A stretch of 44,583 bases of DNA from Candidatus Heimdallarchaeota archaeon (GTDB lineage Archaea > Asgardarchaeota > Heimdallarchaeia > Heimdallarchaeales > Heimdallarchaeaceae): assembly GCA_016839945.1 (NCBI GenBank), contig JAEOTE010000161.1, forward strand, positions 1-44,583. The letters run 5' to 3'. The notes below the pieces were generated by a model. That model was not told where the DNA came from, ran no database searches, and saw only the letters and a list, made by a program, of their open reading frames with translations. Shown one piece after another: positions 17,749-26,590 of the stretch. The translations under genes and the position numbers were made by a program. Position 1 is the first letter of the stretch; the number at the start of each line of letters is the position of its first letter.

Positions 17749-19089
17749 TCAGTCAGACCACTTTTTTTGATATTTTGCGACTTCTTCCTTTATTTTACTG
17801 ATATTTATTGTTGTAAAAACATTATTTTGAAAAACGATTTTACCGTCAATCATTGTCATACTAACATCTTTTCCTGAAGCTGAGTAGACTAAATGAGATA
17901 TTGGTTCATAACAAGGTAAAGCATTTACATCACTCAAATCAACTTGGATAACGTCAGCTTTTTTGCCAACTTCTATTGAACCTATATTATTCCCCAAATT
18001 GATAGCGTTTGCACCTTCAATAGTAGCCATTCGCAAGATTTGTTTTGCAGGCAATATTCTTTCATCTAGATGTTTAATCTTTTGAAGATAAGTAGCTAAT
18101 CTCATTTCTCTAAAAATATCTAAATTGTTATTACAAGGAGCACCATCAGTTGCTAAGCCAACAATAACACCATCTTCAAGATATCTTTTTACATCACAAA
18201 TTCCTGAAGCTAATTTACTATTGCTAGACGGATTATGAGAGATTCTTGTATTGGTTTGTTTAATTATCTCATACTCTTCATTATCTAACCAAATACCATG
18301 TGCTATAATCGTTTCATCCCCCAAAGCGCCTATATCTTTAAGAGCTCTAATATATGATTTTTTATAGATTCTTTCAACTTCTTTGCATTCTGCTTTAGAT
18401 TCGGAAGCATGAGTATGTATCATTAGATCCTCATGTTGATTATGAGTTTCCACAATCAATTTCATAAGTTTTGGAGTGCATGAAAGAAGAAAACGTGCAT
18501 TCAATGAATATTGTATTCGATTGTTTTCTGTCCTATGATACTGATCAATATGTTTTATAGCTTCTTCCATTACTTCATCAGCATTTTTTATCATGGATTT
18601 TGGATAACCTTGATTTGAATCCATTAGCATCTTGCCTATTCTGGTTCTTACTCCGCTCTCGATTGCAGCTTCTACACCTTTTTCACTGTCATGTGTTGTT
18701 AACATGTCATTTGCTGTTGTTGTACCTGTTCTAATCATTTCAGCAAAACCAAGGAGTGAAGACACATATATTTCATGTGAAGTAAAGTTAGCTTCACCTG
18801 GGAGAATAACTTCCTTCAACCAGTCTAGAAGTGCTAAATCATCAGCTTTTCCTCTTAGTAATGTTTGTACACTATGACTGTGTGTATTCACTAAACCAGG
18901 CATAAGGATTTTGTTTTCACCATCAATAATCTTTGATGTGCTGTAATCCTTATGAATTTCTTTTTGAGTTCCTAAGGCAGTTATTATTCCATTTACTACA
19001 TAGATAGCTGCATCCTTAATCACTTTGTTAGAAGGATCGCATGTTACTAGATAATCTGCTTCTACAATTACTTCTTTCAATCTTACCAC
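17749..19089 (-). CDS. Metal-dependent amidohydrolase, MTA/SAH/5'-deoxyadenosine deaminase (MtaD/DadD-like)
   Basis: MPGLVNTHSH, HTHASES, AHGIW, SHNPSSNSKLASG, LATDGAPCNN.LD, GSIEVGKKAD; GTG start. Confidence 0.88.
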   Translation of the reverse strand: MVRLKEVIVEADYLVTCDPSNKVIKDAAIYVVNGIITALGTQKEIHKDYSTSKIIDGENKILMPGLVNTHSHSVQTLLRGKADDLALLDWLKEVILPGEANFTSHEIYVSSLLGFAEMIRTGTTTANDMLTTHDSEKGVEAAIESGVRTRIGKMLMDSNQGYPKSMIKNADEVMEEAIKHIDQYHRTENNRIQYSLNARFLLSCTPKLMKLIVETHNQHEDLMIHTHASESKAECKEVERIYKKSYIRALKDIGALGDETIIAHGIWLDNEEYEIIKQTNTRISHNPSSNSKLASGICDVKRYLEDGVIVGLATDGAPCNNNLDIFREMRLATYLQKIKHLDERILPAKQILRMATIEGANAINLGNNIGSIEVGKKADVIQVDLSDVNALPCYEPISHLVYSASGKDVSMTMIDGKIVFQNNVFTTINISKIKEEVAKYQKKWSD

Positions 19090-19139
19090 TGCTGTAATTG
19101 GGAATATATTAATAAACCCTATTTTTTAGTTGTTTTATT

Positions 19140-19817
19140 GTGAAGAATGGTATGACAAACGAATTAGAAATACTAACTAAAGAAATTCTTGTTTGCGAGG
19201 AGTGTCATCTTAAGCTAGGGAGAACACAAGTAGTTCCAGGAATTTATGGCCCTCAGAAAAGTATATGTTTTGTAGGAGAGGCACCTGGATATTATGAAGA
19301 TCAGCAAGGGCTTCCTTTTGTAGGTAAATCAGGAGAGCTTCTAGATAATATGTTAAAAGACACAGGTTTAGCAAGAGAGAAAGATGTAAGTATTCTTAAT
19401 GTAATTAAATGTCGTCCTACTACTGATAATGGACAAAATCGAACGCCTACAGATTCAGAACTGAGATTTTGCGGAGAAACATGGTTACATAAGCAACTAT
19501 CTTTGCTTTCTCCAAGATTAATAGTTACTCTAGGGGGAATAGCCCTTAAATTTTTTATTCCTAATGGAAAGGTTACACAACTTGCTGGACAACTTGTCAA
19601 ATTCGATGAATCAAATTACGTCTTTGTTACTTACCATCCAGCTTATATTTTGAGGAAAAAAACCTTAGAAATGATGGAAGAATATAATTCTCATTTTGAA
19701 CAGATATTAAGTTTATATCAAAAAGAAACGTTTGATCAAGAGTACGAACAAGTTATAGGAAAAGATGGGCAATCAAGCATGAAGACAAATCAGAAGTCAC
19801 TAAAAGATTTTCTGTGA
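19140..19817 (+). CDS. udg: Uracil-DNA glycosylase family 4 (Fe-S) with C-terminal PIP box
   Basis: CEECHL, FVGEAPG..ED.QG.PFVGKSG, NVIKCRP..NRTP..E..C, TYHPAY; ends QKSLKDFL. Confidence 0.92.
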   Translation: MKNGMTNELEILTKEILVCEECHLKLGRTQVVPGIYGPQKSICFVGEAPGYYEDQQGLPFVGKSGELLDNMLKDTGLAREKDVSILNVIKCRPTTDNGQNRTPTDSELRFCGETWLHKQLSLLSPRLIVTLGGIALKFFIPNGKVTQLAGQLVKFDESNYVFVTYHPAYILRKKTLEMMEEYNSHFEQILSLYQKETFDQEYEQVIGKDGQSSMKTNQKSLKDFL

Positions 19818-19960
19818 AGTTTCCCTTTTGGAGAAAAACACACGTTATGAAACTTGGTTAAACTTACCAGAGGTTTTTTAACCGTCGTTTAAGAGGATCC
19901 CCTCACGTGTGTTGAGGGGAAGAGATCGTAAGGAAGGAGAGTACCTTGGAGGGAAGCAAT
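19794..19960 (-). ncRNA. Putative omegaRNA (right-end RNA) with guide AGAAAAUCUUUUAGUGACUU
   Basis: Hairpin 19898-19920 whose loop is complementary to 19838-19844 (pseudoknot); hairpin 19856-19883; terminal hairpin 19820-19836; then TTCAC. The 5' boundary is approximate. Confidence 0.65.
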
Positions 19961-21902
19961 ATTCATAGTAGCATTCTTGTGAGTGTTAACTTGTTGTCCG
20001 CACTTTCTACATGGAGCAAAGTCATGATGCTTGTCATCACGAACAATCATCCCTCCACAACCATAATGCTTGGAGCTAGTATGATAGGGGGAAACTGTTT
20101 CTAACTCTACATCATAGCCTAACTCTAAAGAGGCTAACCAAACAGCTTTCTTATAGATATACAAAGAATCAGGCATGTTGTAAATTGCTTTAGCTAACGC
20201 TCCTTTCGTACCAGCAGGATCAGAAGTTAATTTCTCAATCTTCAAGGTTTGACACTGCTTCTTCACCAGCGCTGCAGCTAAGAAGTGAGGTAAAAGACGA
20301 GTGATTTCTCGAAGAAGACAACTACGACGCTTATAGACTCGATTAAGCTCTCCCTTAAGCTTACAAGCACCTTTAACATCGTAAACTTTACGTTTGTTAA
20401 AGAATCCTTTATTTAACTCATTGAGAACCTTTTCTGTTAACTGTTTGTAACGTTTAGCTAAATGCAACAAATCTGGTGGAAGAGGTATAGGAGTGTTGAA
20501 CACTACCATATATTGGCCTAAGCGGTTAATATCTATCCCTAACACTTTATTCCTCCCTTTTGGAATTTGAGAGAGATAACAGTGAAGAAGGGTAAAGGAT
20601 CGGAAACAGTCGTGGGCACCTTCTAGTACCACATCTACGCGAGGTTTGAAACTAGGTGCACTACCACTACTCACTTGAAAGACCTTGATTTCTGCACCGT
20701 TTTTAAGATATTCTAACACTTTTGGGGGGAATAACACCTGAGCTGTAAGTTTTTTCTTGCCTTTTAGAGGGAATCCCAAAGTGGTGGTTCCTTGTTTCTT
20801 TACTTGTCTGGTCAAGTCGCTTGCATTACCTTCACGGGAAATAACATAATCTTTTTTCATTAACAATTTTATTGGTAATCTTCCTTTCTTTTTTCTTTTA
20901 AATGGGAGAGGAACAAGCTTAGCTGCAGGTAAACCTTTGAGTAACTGAGGGACACTCTGCATGAAATGATCAAAGAGTGTGAAAACAACTATCTGCCTGA
21001 CAGCAGAGAAAAGTTTTCGATTAGGTTTGCCTATAATTGTAGCTAGTTCCTTAGATAGTTTTTTGAGACTTTTCCAACGAGAAGATTGATAGCTATTAAT
21101 CCACGAAGTTACAAACGGTACAACTACTTGTCGTTCTTGTTTCAGAAGATGCAGTTTGTTCAGAAACGTTTGCTGGTTCTTCGAGAGGGTAGGTAAAAGT
21201 GCGAAAGTGTTAGTTTGGTAAGCTAGCGCATCGTCAATCCCTTGCACAACATCTAGTTGTGTATAAGTCGGTAACGCCCCATTAAACACCAAGGTTTTAG
21301 AGAAATAGTAATCTCTCTTTTTCTTTCTATTATAAGAATCTAGCTGAAGTCTCGAACTGGTTAGCAAGTTAATAACATACCTTCTGTTCAATTTCCAGTA
21401 TTTCCCCATACTACATTCAGTATAGGGTGATCTTCCAAACACCATCCACTCCACCAGTTGTTGGGGATTTTTCTGCATGAAGTTGAGCATCCCTTCCACT
21501 TTCTGTTCTTTATCTATCTTCCCCTTTACTGCTATCTGGAGCCAGTGATAAGCGCTTTCAGCTATGTTAGGATTCTTCCTTACTGCCTTCCCTACTTGGC
21601 GCACAAAGAACCGTTCTTTGGGATTAGCTCGATAGAGTGCTACAGCTTGCTTAACAACATTTTGAGTAAGAAGGTGGTGTTGCCTTTCTTCTAATCCCCG
21701 TATGCGTTGGTTGATTTCTTCTCGTTGAACTGGTGAGTCACACTTTAGTACCACCTGGTAACTCCTCATCACTGTATCTAAGATACGCGGTTGAGAAGTG
21801 TGAGGGTTGGTAGTTGTTTGTGTGCCCATCTTTTCGTCATTATAATGTACAGATTGTTATTTAAACCCGGTAAAATTTCAGATAATGTTTATGTTTTTTT
21901 TG
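19814..21902 (-). mobile_element. IS200/IS605-superfamily TnpB-only element (IS1341-like, non-autonomous)
   Basis: On the minus strand the left flank ends TTAC (21906-21903) and the right end is ...GGGAAACTTCAC (to 19814). Excision restores udg ...GAT TTT CTG TAA. The interior is visibly more GC-rich than the flanks. No TnpA is present. Confidence 0.75.
19889..21829 (-). CDS. tnpB: Large TnpB/Cas12-like RNA-guided RuvC protein (646 aa)
   Basis: WED strand VMRSYQVVLK, PFKRKK linker, RuvC-I VLGIDIN, RuvC-II LKIEKL, VSPYHTSS-HxxC..CxxC zinc finger, RuvC-III NTHKNATMNIA (His at the Asp position). Confidence 0.88.
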   Translation of the reverse strand: MGTQTTTNPHTSQPRILDTVMRSYQVVLKCDSPVQREEINQRIRGLEERQHHLLTQNVVKQAVALYRANPKERFFVRQVGKAVRKNPNIAESAYHWLQIAVKGKIDKEQKVEGMLNFMQKNPQQLVEWMVFGRSPYTECSMGKYWKLNRRYVINLLTSSRLQLDSYNRKKKRDYYFSKTLVFNGALPTYTQLDVVQGIDDALAYQTNTFALLPTLSKNQQTFLNKLHLLKQERQVVVPFVTSWINSYQSSRWKSLKKLSKELATIIGKPNRKLFSAVRQIVVFTLFDHFMQSVPQLLKGLPAAKLVPLPFKRKKKGRLPIKLLMKKDYVISREGNASDLTRQVKKQGTTTLGFPLKGKKKLTAQVLFPPKVLEYLKNGAEIKVFQVSSGSAPSFKPRVDVVLEGAHDCFRSFTLLHCYLSQIPKGRNKVLGIDINRLGQYMVVFNTPIPLPPDLLHLAKRYKQLTEKVLNELNKGFFNKRKVYDVKGACKLKGELNRVYKRRSCLLREITRLLPHFLAAALVKKQCQTLKIEKLTSDPAGTKGALAKAIYNMPDSLYIYKKAVWLASLELGYDVELETVSPYHTSSKHYGCGGMIVRDDKHHDFAPCRKCGQQVNTHKNATMNIASLQGTLLPYDLFPSTHVRGSS

Positions 21903-21966
21903 GTAAGATTGAGTAGATTTCGCTCAATAGTTGACAACAGTTATATGTCGCAGCGAGTGCAGAAAA

Positions 21967-23367
21967 ATGATGGGTAAAGGTTTGAGATTATTTGGAACTG
22001 CAGGTATTAGAGGTCCTTTTGGAGTTAAAGTTACAGCAGAACTAGTTTTTGAGGTCAGTCAAGCTGTTACAGAACTCTATCCTTCCAAAGGGATAGTTAT
22101 AGGACATGATGCTAGAACTTCATCAGAGTCATTAAGTCAATGCGCTAAAGCTGCTGTTTCACTTGCAGGTGGAAAGGTTTTTTCTACGGGCTTATGTTCT
22201 TTCCCTGTTATAGCAAATCTAACATTGAATACTAATCATTCTGTTGCAATTTACATAACCGCATCTCATAATCCCCCTCAGGATAATGGAATCAAAGTTC
22301 TTAGAAATGGAAGAGAGTTTACCAAAGAAGAACAAAATCAAATTGAAGAATTGATAGAGAGAAGGAGAGAAGAGGAAAGATTAATTCAGCATGAACAATG
22401 GAGCAATCTAATCCCTCAGAAAGAGATAGAAGAAGCGAATGAAAGATACATCAAGAGGATTATGAGAGATTTAGATTTCAAAGGAGATGGAAGGAAGATA
22501 ATCTTGGATTGTGCTAATGGTCCAATGTCTAATCTAGCACCAATTTTACTAACGCAATTTGGTTTTCAAGCTGTGACTATAAATTCCCACATAGATGGTC
22601 ATTTTCCTGGAAGGTTGGCAGAACCTAGTCCACAGAATCTTAGCGTACTTATTGATCTGTGTAAGAAAGAGAAGGTTTTGGGAGTTGCTTTTGATGGTGA
22701 TGGTGATCGAATAGCTTTAGTAAATGAAGAAGGTGAATTTGTAGAATTATCCAGAACAAACGCTCTTTTAGCTACTTTTGCTATAGAAGAACACGGACCT
22801 GGCAAAATTATTCTAAGTATTGATTCCTCAACTACTGTGGATAAAGCAGTTCAAAATTTAGGAGGGATAATTGTTAGAACACAGTTAGGTGAACTTCATG
22901 GTAAAGCAAAAGAAATCATAGAAAATAAAGAAAAAGTAGTTTTTGCTGCTGAACCATGGAAACCTATTTTTCCAAATTGGGGTTTGTGGATAGATGGTTT
23001 GTATGCTTTTTCTAAATTGTTGAAAGTGATAATAAAGCGTAAAACAACTGTTTCTGAAATAATGGAGGACATCCCAAAGCACATTGCAGAGAGAAAAGCT
23101 TTTCTTGTAAACGAGGAACGAGTAACAATAATTTATGAAAAGTGCCAACAAACTCTTAAAGAATTCATGAAAAATGAAGAAAAACAGATCTTAACAATAG
23201 ATGGACTTCGATATGATTTAAAAGACGGTACTTGGATTTTGATCAGAAAATCTGGTACAGAACCTAAAATCAGAATTTATTATGAATCACCCACTCCAGA
23301 TAGATTTGATTGGATTGAGAACATAGTAAAACAAATTGAGAATATAATCAAGAATGAAGGTAATTAA
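21967..23367 (+). CDS. Alpha-D-phosphohexomutase superfamily enzyme (PMM/PGM; possibly phosphopentomutase-type)
   Basis: LFGTAGIRG, ITASHNPPQDNGIK, FDGDGDR, IRKSGTEPKIRIY; sugar loop AAEPWK. Start revised from TTG 21931 to ATG 21967. Confidence 0.9.
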   Translation: MMGKGLRLFGTAGIRGPFGVKVTAELVFEVSQAVTELYPSKGIVIGHDARTSSESLSQCAKAAVSLAGGKVFSTGLCSFPVIANLTLNTNHSVAIYITASHNPPQDNGIKVLRNGREFTKEEQNQIEELIERRREEERLIQHEQWSNLIPQKEIEEANERYIKRIMRDLDFKGDGRKIILDCANGPMSNLAPILLTQFGFQAVTINSHIDGHFPGRLAEPSPQNLSVLIDLCKKEKVLGVAFDGDGDRIALVNEEGEFVELSRTNALLATFAIEEHGPGKIILSIDSSTTVDKAVQNLGGIIVRTQLGELHGKAKEIIENKEKVVFAAEPWKPIFPNWGLWIDGLYAFSKLLKVIIKRKTTVSEIMEDIPKHIAERKAFLVNEERVTIIYEKCQQTLKEFMKNEEKQILTIDGLRYDLKDGTWILIRKSGTEPKIRIYYESPTPDRFDWIENIVKQIENIIKNEGN

Positions 23368-23746
23368 GATGGTATCTGAAACAATGAAAAGTGAATTAAG
23401 ATTGGTTAATGAACGCTTGAGAATAACTCTAGTCATTCTATTCTTTTGGGCATTAGTAGTAACCTTAGATATTACTGGAGCCATAGTACTAGAAGCTGAA
23501 GGGATAAACTTCCTTGTCTATGCAATTCTAGCAACAACTTCTGTTGTCTTCCTTATACTGGCATTAGGTATACAAATTGAGCCATTTGTAAGAGAGATGA
23601 TTAAGAAAAGAAAGGAAATTGAGAAATTTTGGGAAAGTAAAGAGGCGTTAAAACCAAGTTTAGAAAAGAGAACCAAGATTAGTGAGATTGTATTAATAAC
23701 TGCAATTATTTTAATGATGGTTTCTTTGTTGTTTGTCGTAGTTTAG
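23354..23746 (+). CDS. Hypothetical membrane protein (3 TM)
   Basis: Three hydrophobic segments; overlaps the end of the mutase gene. Confidence 0.65.
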   Translation: MKVIKMVSETMKSELRLVNERLRITLVILFFWALVVTLDITGAIVLEAEGINFLVYAILATTSVVFLILALGIQIEPFVREMIKKRKEIEKFWESKEALKPSLEKRTKISEIVLITAIILMMVSLLFVVV

Positions 23747-23762
23747 TTCTAATTGGAGATTA

Positions 23763-24746
23763 TTACTCCCTTTTTAACTTCTTTTCGAATTCAGCAAGAG
23801 AAGGAGGGATGCCATCTTCTTTCAATACTTTAGAAAATTCTAACACAGTTAACCCCATTAAACGCTCTCTTCGTGATTCATCTGTTTTCATGAAAAGAAA
23901 TCTACCATTAGGAATCTCTTTAGCTGTTTTTGGATAATCTGTTTGTTCATGAATTTTATCTTGGGTTCCATTATTGACGAATACTTCTTCTTCTATTGCG
24001 GACAATTTTCCGAATAGTTCAAAATCTTTTACTGCAATGGAAGCTTTCTTCCATTTCCAAGCTTCTGCATTTTCAATAAAGGCTTCTGCTCTTTTTCTTT
24101 GAACTTCCTCTTTCATACCTCTTAATTGCATTTTTGCAAGAATTGGTTTTATTATTTCAGCAGCAACAACAGGCAAGAAGGGAGCGAGATAATTTAAGAT
24201 CCACTTTGGGAACCATAAGGTGTGCATAGGATCATGAGTAACAATAGTAGGTGCTTTTATTATCTTATTAATTAGCCCATGTAGAACTATTGCTCCTCCC
24301 CAACAAGTACCAAACAACACGAAATCGGTTTTATCAAGTCCTAGATGTTTAATAACATCTTGAACATCTTTTGCTTTTTGATCCATATCCATTTTTGCAT
24401 TTTTTCTATCTATTCTGCTAGTGTGTTTTTCTCTTGTTTCAATATAATAAAACTCCACCAAATCGTGTACAACTTCGTAATAATCAACGTATCCTTCTGG
24501 AAGACCACCCCAGCCTGGAACAAAAACTACGGGTCTTTTAGAGATAGGTTTTTTTGGTTTTACATGTAATACTCTTATCTCACCATCATCAACAGGAACG
24601 AAAAAACTCTCACTTATTTCTTCATCCCAGAAATTTGGAGTTGCTCTCCTTGTTGCTTCAAGCATTTTATATATTTTTTTCTCTTTTTCTTTGGAAATTG
24701 TTAACTCAGGAGGAAGTTGTGTTGAAACAGTTTTTTTCTTTGCCAT
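23763..24746 (-). CDS. Alpha/beta-hydrolase fold protein with Cys nucleophile elbow
   Basis: VVFVPGWGG, FGTCWGG, GTQDKIH; GAGG SD. Confidence 0.8.
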   Translation of the reverse strand: MAKKKTVSTQLPPELTISKEKEKKIYKMLEATRRATPNFWDEEISESFFVPVDDGEIRVLHVKPKKPISKRPVVFVPGWGGLPEGYVDYYEVVHDLVEFYYIETREKHTSRIDRKNAKMDMDQKAKDVQDVIKHLGLDKTDFVLFGTCWGGAIVLHGLINKIIKAPTIVTHDPMHTLWFPKWILNYLAPFLPVVAAEIIKPILAKMQLRGMKEEVQRKRAEAFIENAEAWKWKKASIAVKDFELFGKLSAIEEEVFVNNGTQDKIHEQTDYPKTAKEIPNGRFLFMKTDESRRERLMGLTVLEFSKVLKEDGIPPSLAEFEKKLKRE

Positions 24747-24839
24747 TGTTCTTCCTCATTTCCGTCTTATTATTAATCTTTTCATAATCCAAATTTCCAC
24801 TAAAGATACTATTGCCTGTCTTTTCTCAGTATTTGCTGT

Positions 24840-26291
24840 TTACTTATCATAGATGTCTTTGTATGGCGCTCTTTCACCTTTCATATATCTTTGATGAGGA
24901 TCTCTGATGAACCATGCAACCAAAATACCTATTGAGAAAAGAATTAGCAAGCTTGCAAGAGCAATTCTCATTGGAGTAGGTGTTGGTAAATGATTAGTCG
25001 CAAAGATTATTCCTCCAAACATGAGTGGAGATACAATTGCACTAACTCTTCCTGCAATTTTCTGGAAACCACCATATTGTGCAAGTCTTGATGGTGGTGC
25101 AAGAATCATAATAAATTGTCTTCCTACAATCCATATTCCACCAAATCCTATTCCTATGAAAACTGCACCGAACCATATCACCCAAGAAGGAATTGGTCCC
25201 AATCCACTAACAACAAATATAGTTATTGCAATAAACCACGATATAGCTACTCCCAAGAATAATTTCTTTGGTCCCATTCTATTCATAAGTTTTCCAACAA
25301 TTATACCGAAGATTATAGAGAAAACTATTCCTCCAAGAATGATATAATTAGTCATATCTGCGAGTGTTTCTCCGCCCATTGTTGCAACTACTGGTACCAT
25401 ATAAAGAATAGTTGTATTTGCTGCGTCCGTAATGAAGAACCAAGCTAAGAAGAATAACCATGAATTCCTATCTGAAATAATTGTTTTAAAAGAGGTTTTA
25501 AAATCATCAAATGCTGCATTCATATAATCTCTAGCTGTTAATTCTTTTTCAGGAGGGTTTTCTACTTCTTTATGGAAAAGATAAGGGATACTAATCAAAA
25601 TTATGACTATTGCTGATATCAGGAATAACCACCTTAAACCTCCATAGTTCAAATTTTCACGATCAAGAACTACACTGTCCAAGTTCCACATTTCATGAGG
25701 TTGATTAACTAAATCATGAGAGCCAAATACACTTTCAAGACCTATAACAATACTAATTACTATTGCAATTACTGAACCAAAAGCTGCAATAGCACCACCG
25801 ATTGCTTGCATAAAACCTCTTTTTTCAGTTTCAGCGATGAATGGAATTTGAGCATCATAAAACATTCGACCTGCTTGATAACAAAAATTTGCAATAACAA
25901 ATAAGCCACTTGCCCACCAGAAGTTTGTCCAAACAGTCATCATTGCCGTCATAGTTATCATTATTCCCGCAGAAATTAATACTGCGGGTTTTCTTTTTCC
26001 TGCTCTATCAGAGATGGCACCTAAAATTGGTCCCATAATAGCTATTAAGAGATTTGAACCTGCCATAAATGCCGACATCACAATAAATACTGTAGAAAGT
26101 TCCCAACCTAGTTTATAACCGGTTAGTAAAGCAAATGGGGTATAGGCTAGGCTTATTACAGATTGTGAGAAGAATGTATCAGCCATATCATAGCTATACC
26201 AAAATATTGCGTTTTTTCTACTAGTTCCCTTCGATTCTAGCTCTGTTTCTTTAATATCTTGTTCATCCAATGCAACCTCAACATTACTCAT
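24840..26291 (-). CDS. MFS transporter (UMF1/Atg22-like)
   Basis: WYSYDMA, PILGAISDRAGKRK, FYDA, 12-TM pattern; GGTGA SD. Confidence 0.88.
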   Translation of the reverse strand: MSNVEVALDEQDIKETELESKGTSRKNAIFWYSYDMADTFFSQSVISLAYTPFALLTGYKLGWELSTVFIVMSAFMAGSNLLIAIMGPILGAISDRAGKRKPAVLISAGIMITMTAMMTVWTNFWWASGLFVIANFCYQAGRMFYDAQIPFIAETEKRGFMQAIGGAIAAFGSVIAIVISIVIGLESVFGSHDLVNQPHEMWNLDSVVLDRENLNYGGLRWLFLISAIVIILISIPYLFHKEVENPPEKELTARDYMNAAFDDFKTSFKTIISDRNSWLFFLAWFFITDAANTTILYMVPVVATMGGETLADMTNYIILGGIVFSIIFGIIVGKLMNRMGPKKLFLGVAISWFIAITIFVVSGLGPIPSWVIWFGAVFIGIGFGGIWIVGRQFIMILAPPSRLAQYGGFQKIAGRVSAIVSPLMFGGIIFATNHLPTPTPMRIALASLLILFSIGILVAWFIRDPHQRYMKGERAPYKDIYDK

Positions 26292-26590
26292 ATAATCACC
26301 ATGAAAAACTACCCTTAGAAGAGAAGTTTAACTTTTATAAAATAGCTATCTTTTAAATTTTCACTTGAAAAATAATAAAATCCTAGTTTCTACCCTTCTT
26401 TCTCCATTTTTCTTTATAAAAAGCTCTATCTTACTTCTAATAAGGTGAGGTTCTAATTTCCAGTCGAAGAAGAGGGGTTTTTTCTGTTATAGAGGTTAAT
26501 GAAAGTATTTTATCGAGTTTTAGAACTTTAGGAACAAAAATCACTGCGCATAAATTTATTTAGTAGTAATTAAGAGGAAGCAAGACTTTA

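Noticed and set aside
19818-21966. CRISPR array or cas genes beside the Cas12-like ORF
   Set aside because: No repeat-spacer pattern and no cas1/2/4 in the window; the flanks fit an IS end and omegaRNA.
19808-21966. Alternative element boundary at 21960 using the TTTTCTG/CAGAAAA inverted match
   Set aside because: The match is only 7 bp of low complexity and would remove the mutase promoter. The TTAC junction restores the udg stop exactly.
26292-26590. Possible small RNA in the 300-bp intergenic gap
   Set aside because: No convincing stem, C/D boxes or ORF; explained by divergent promoters.
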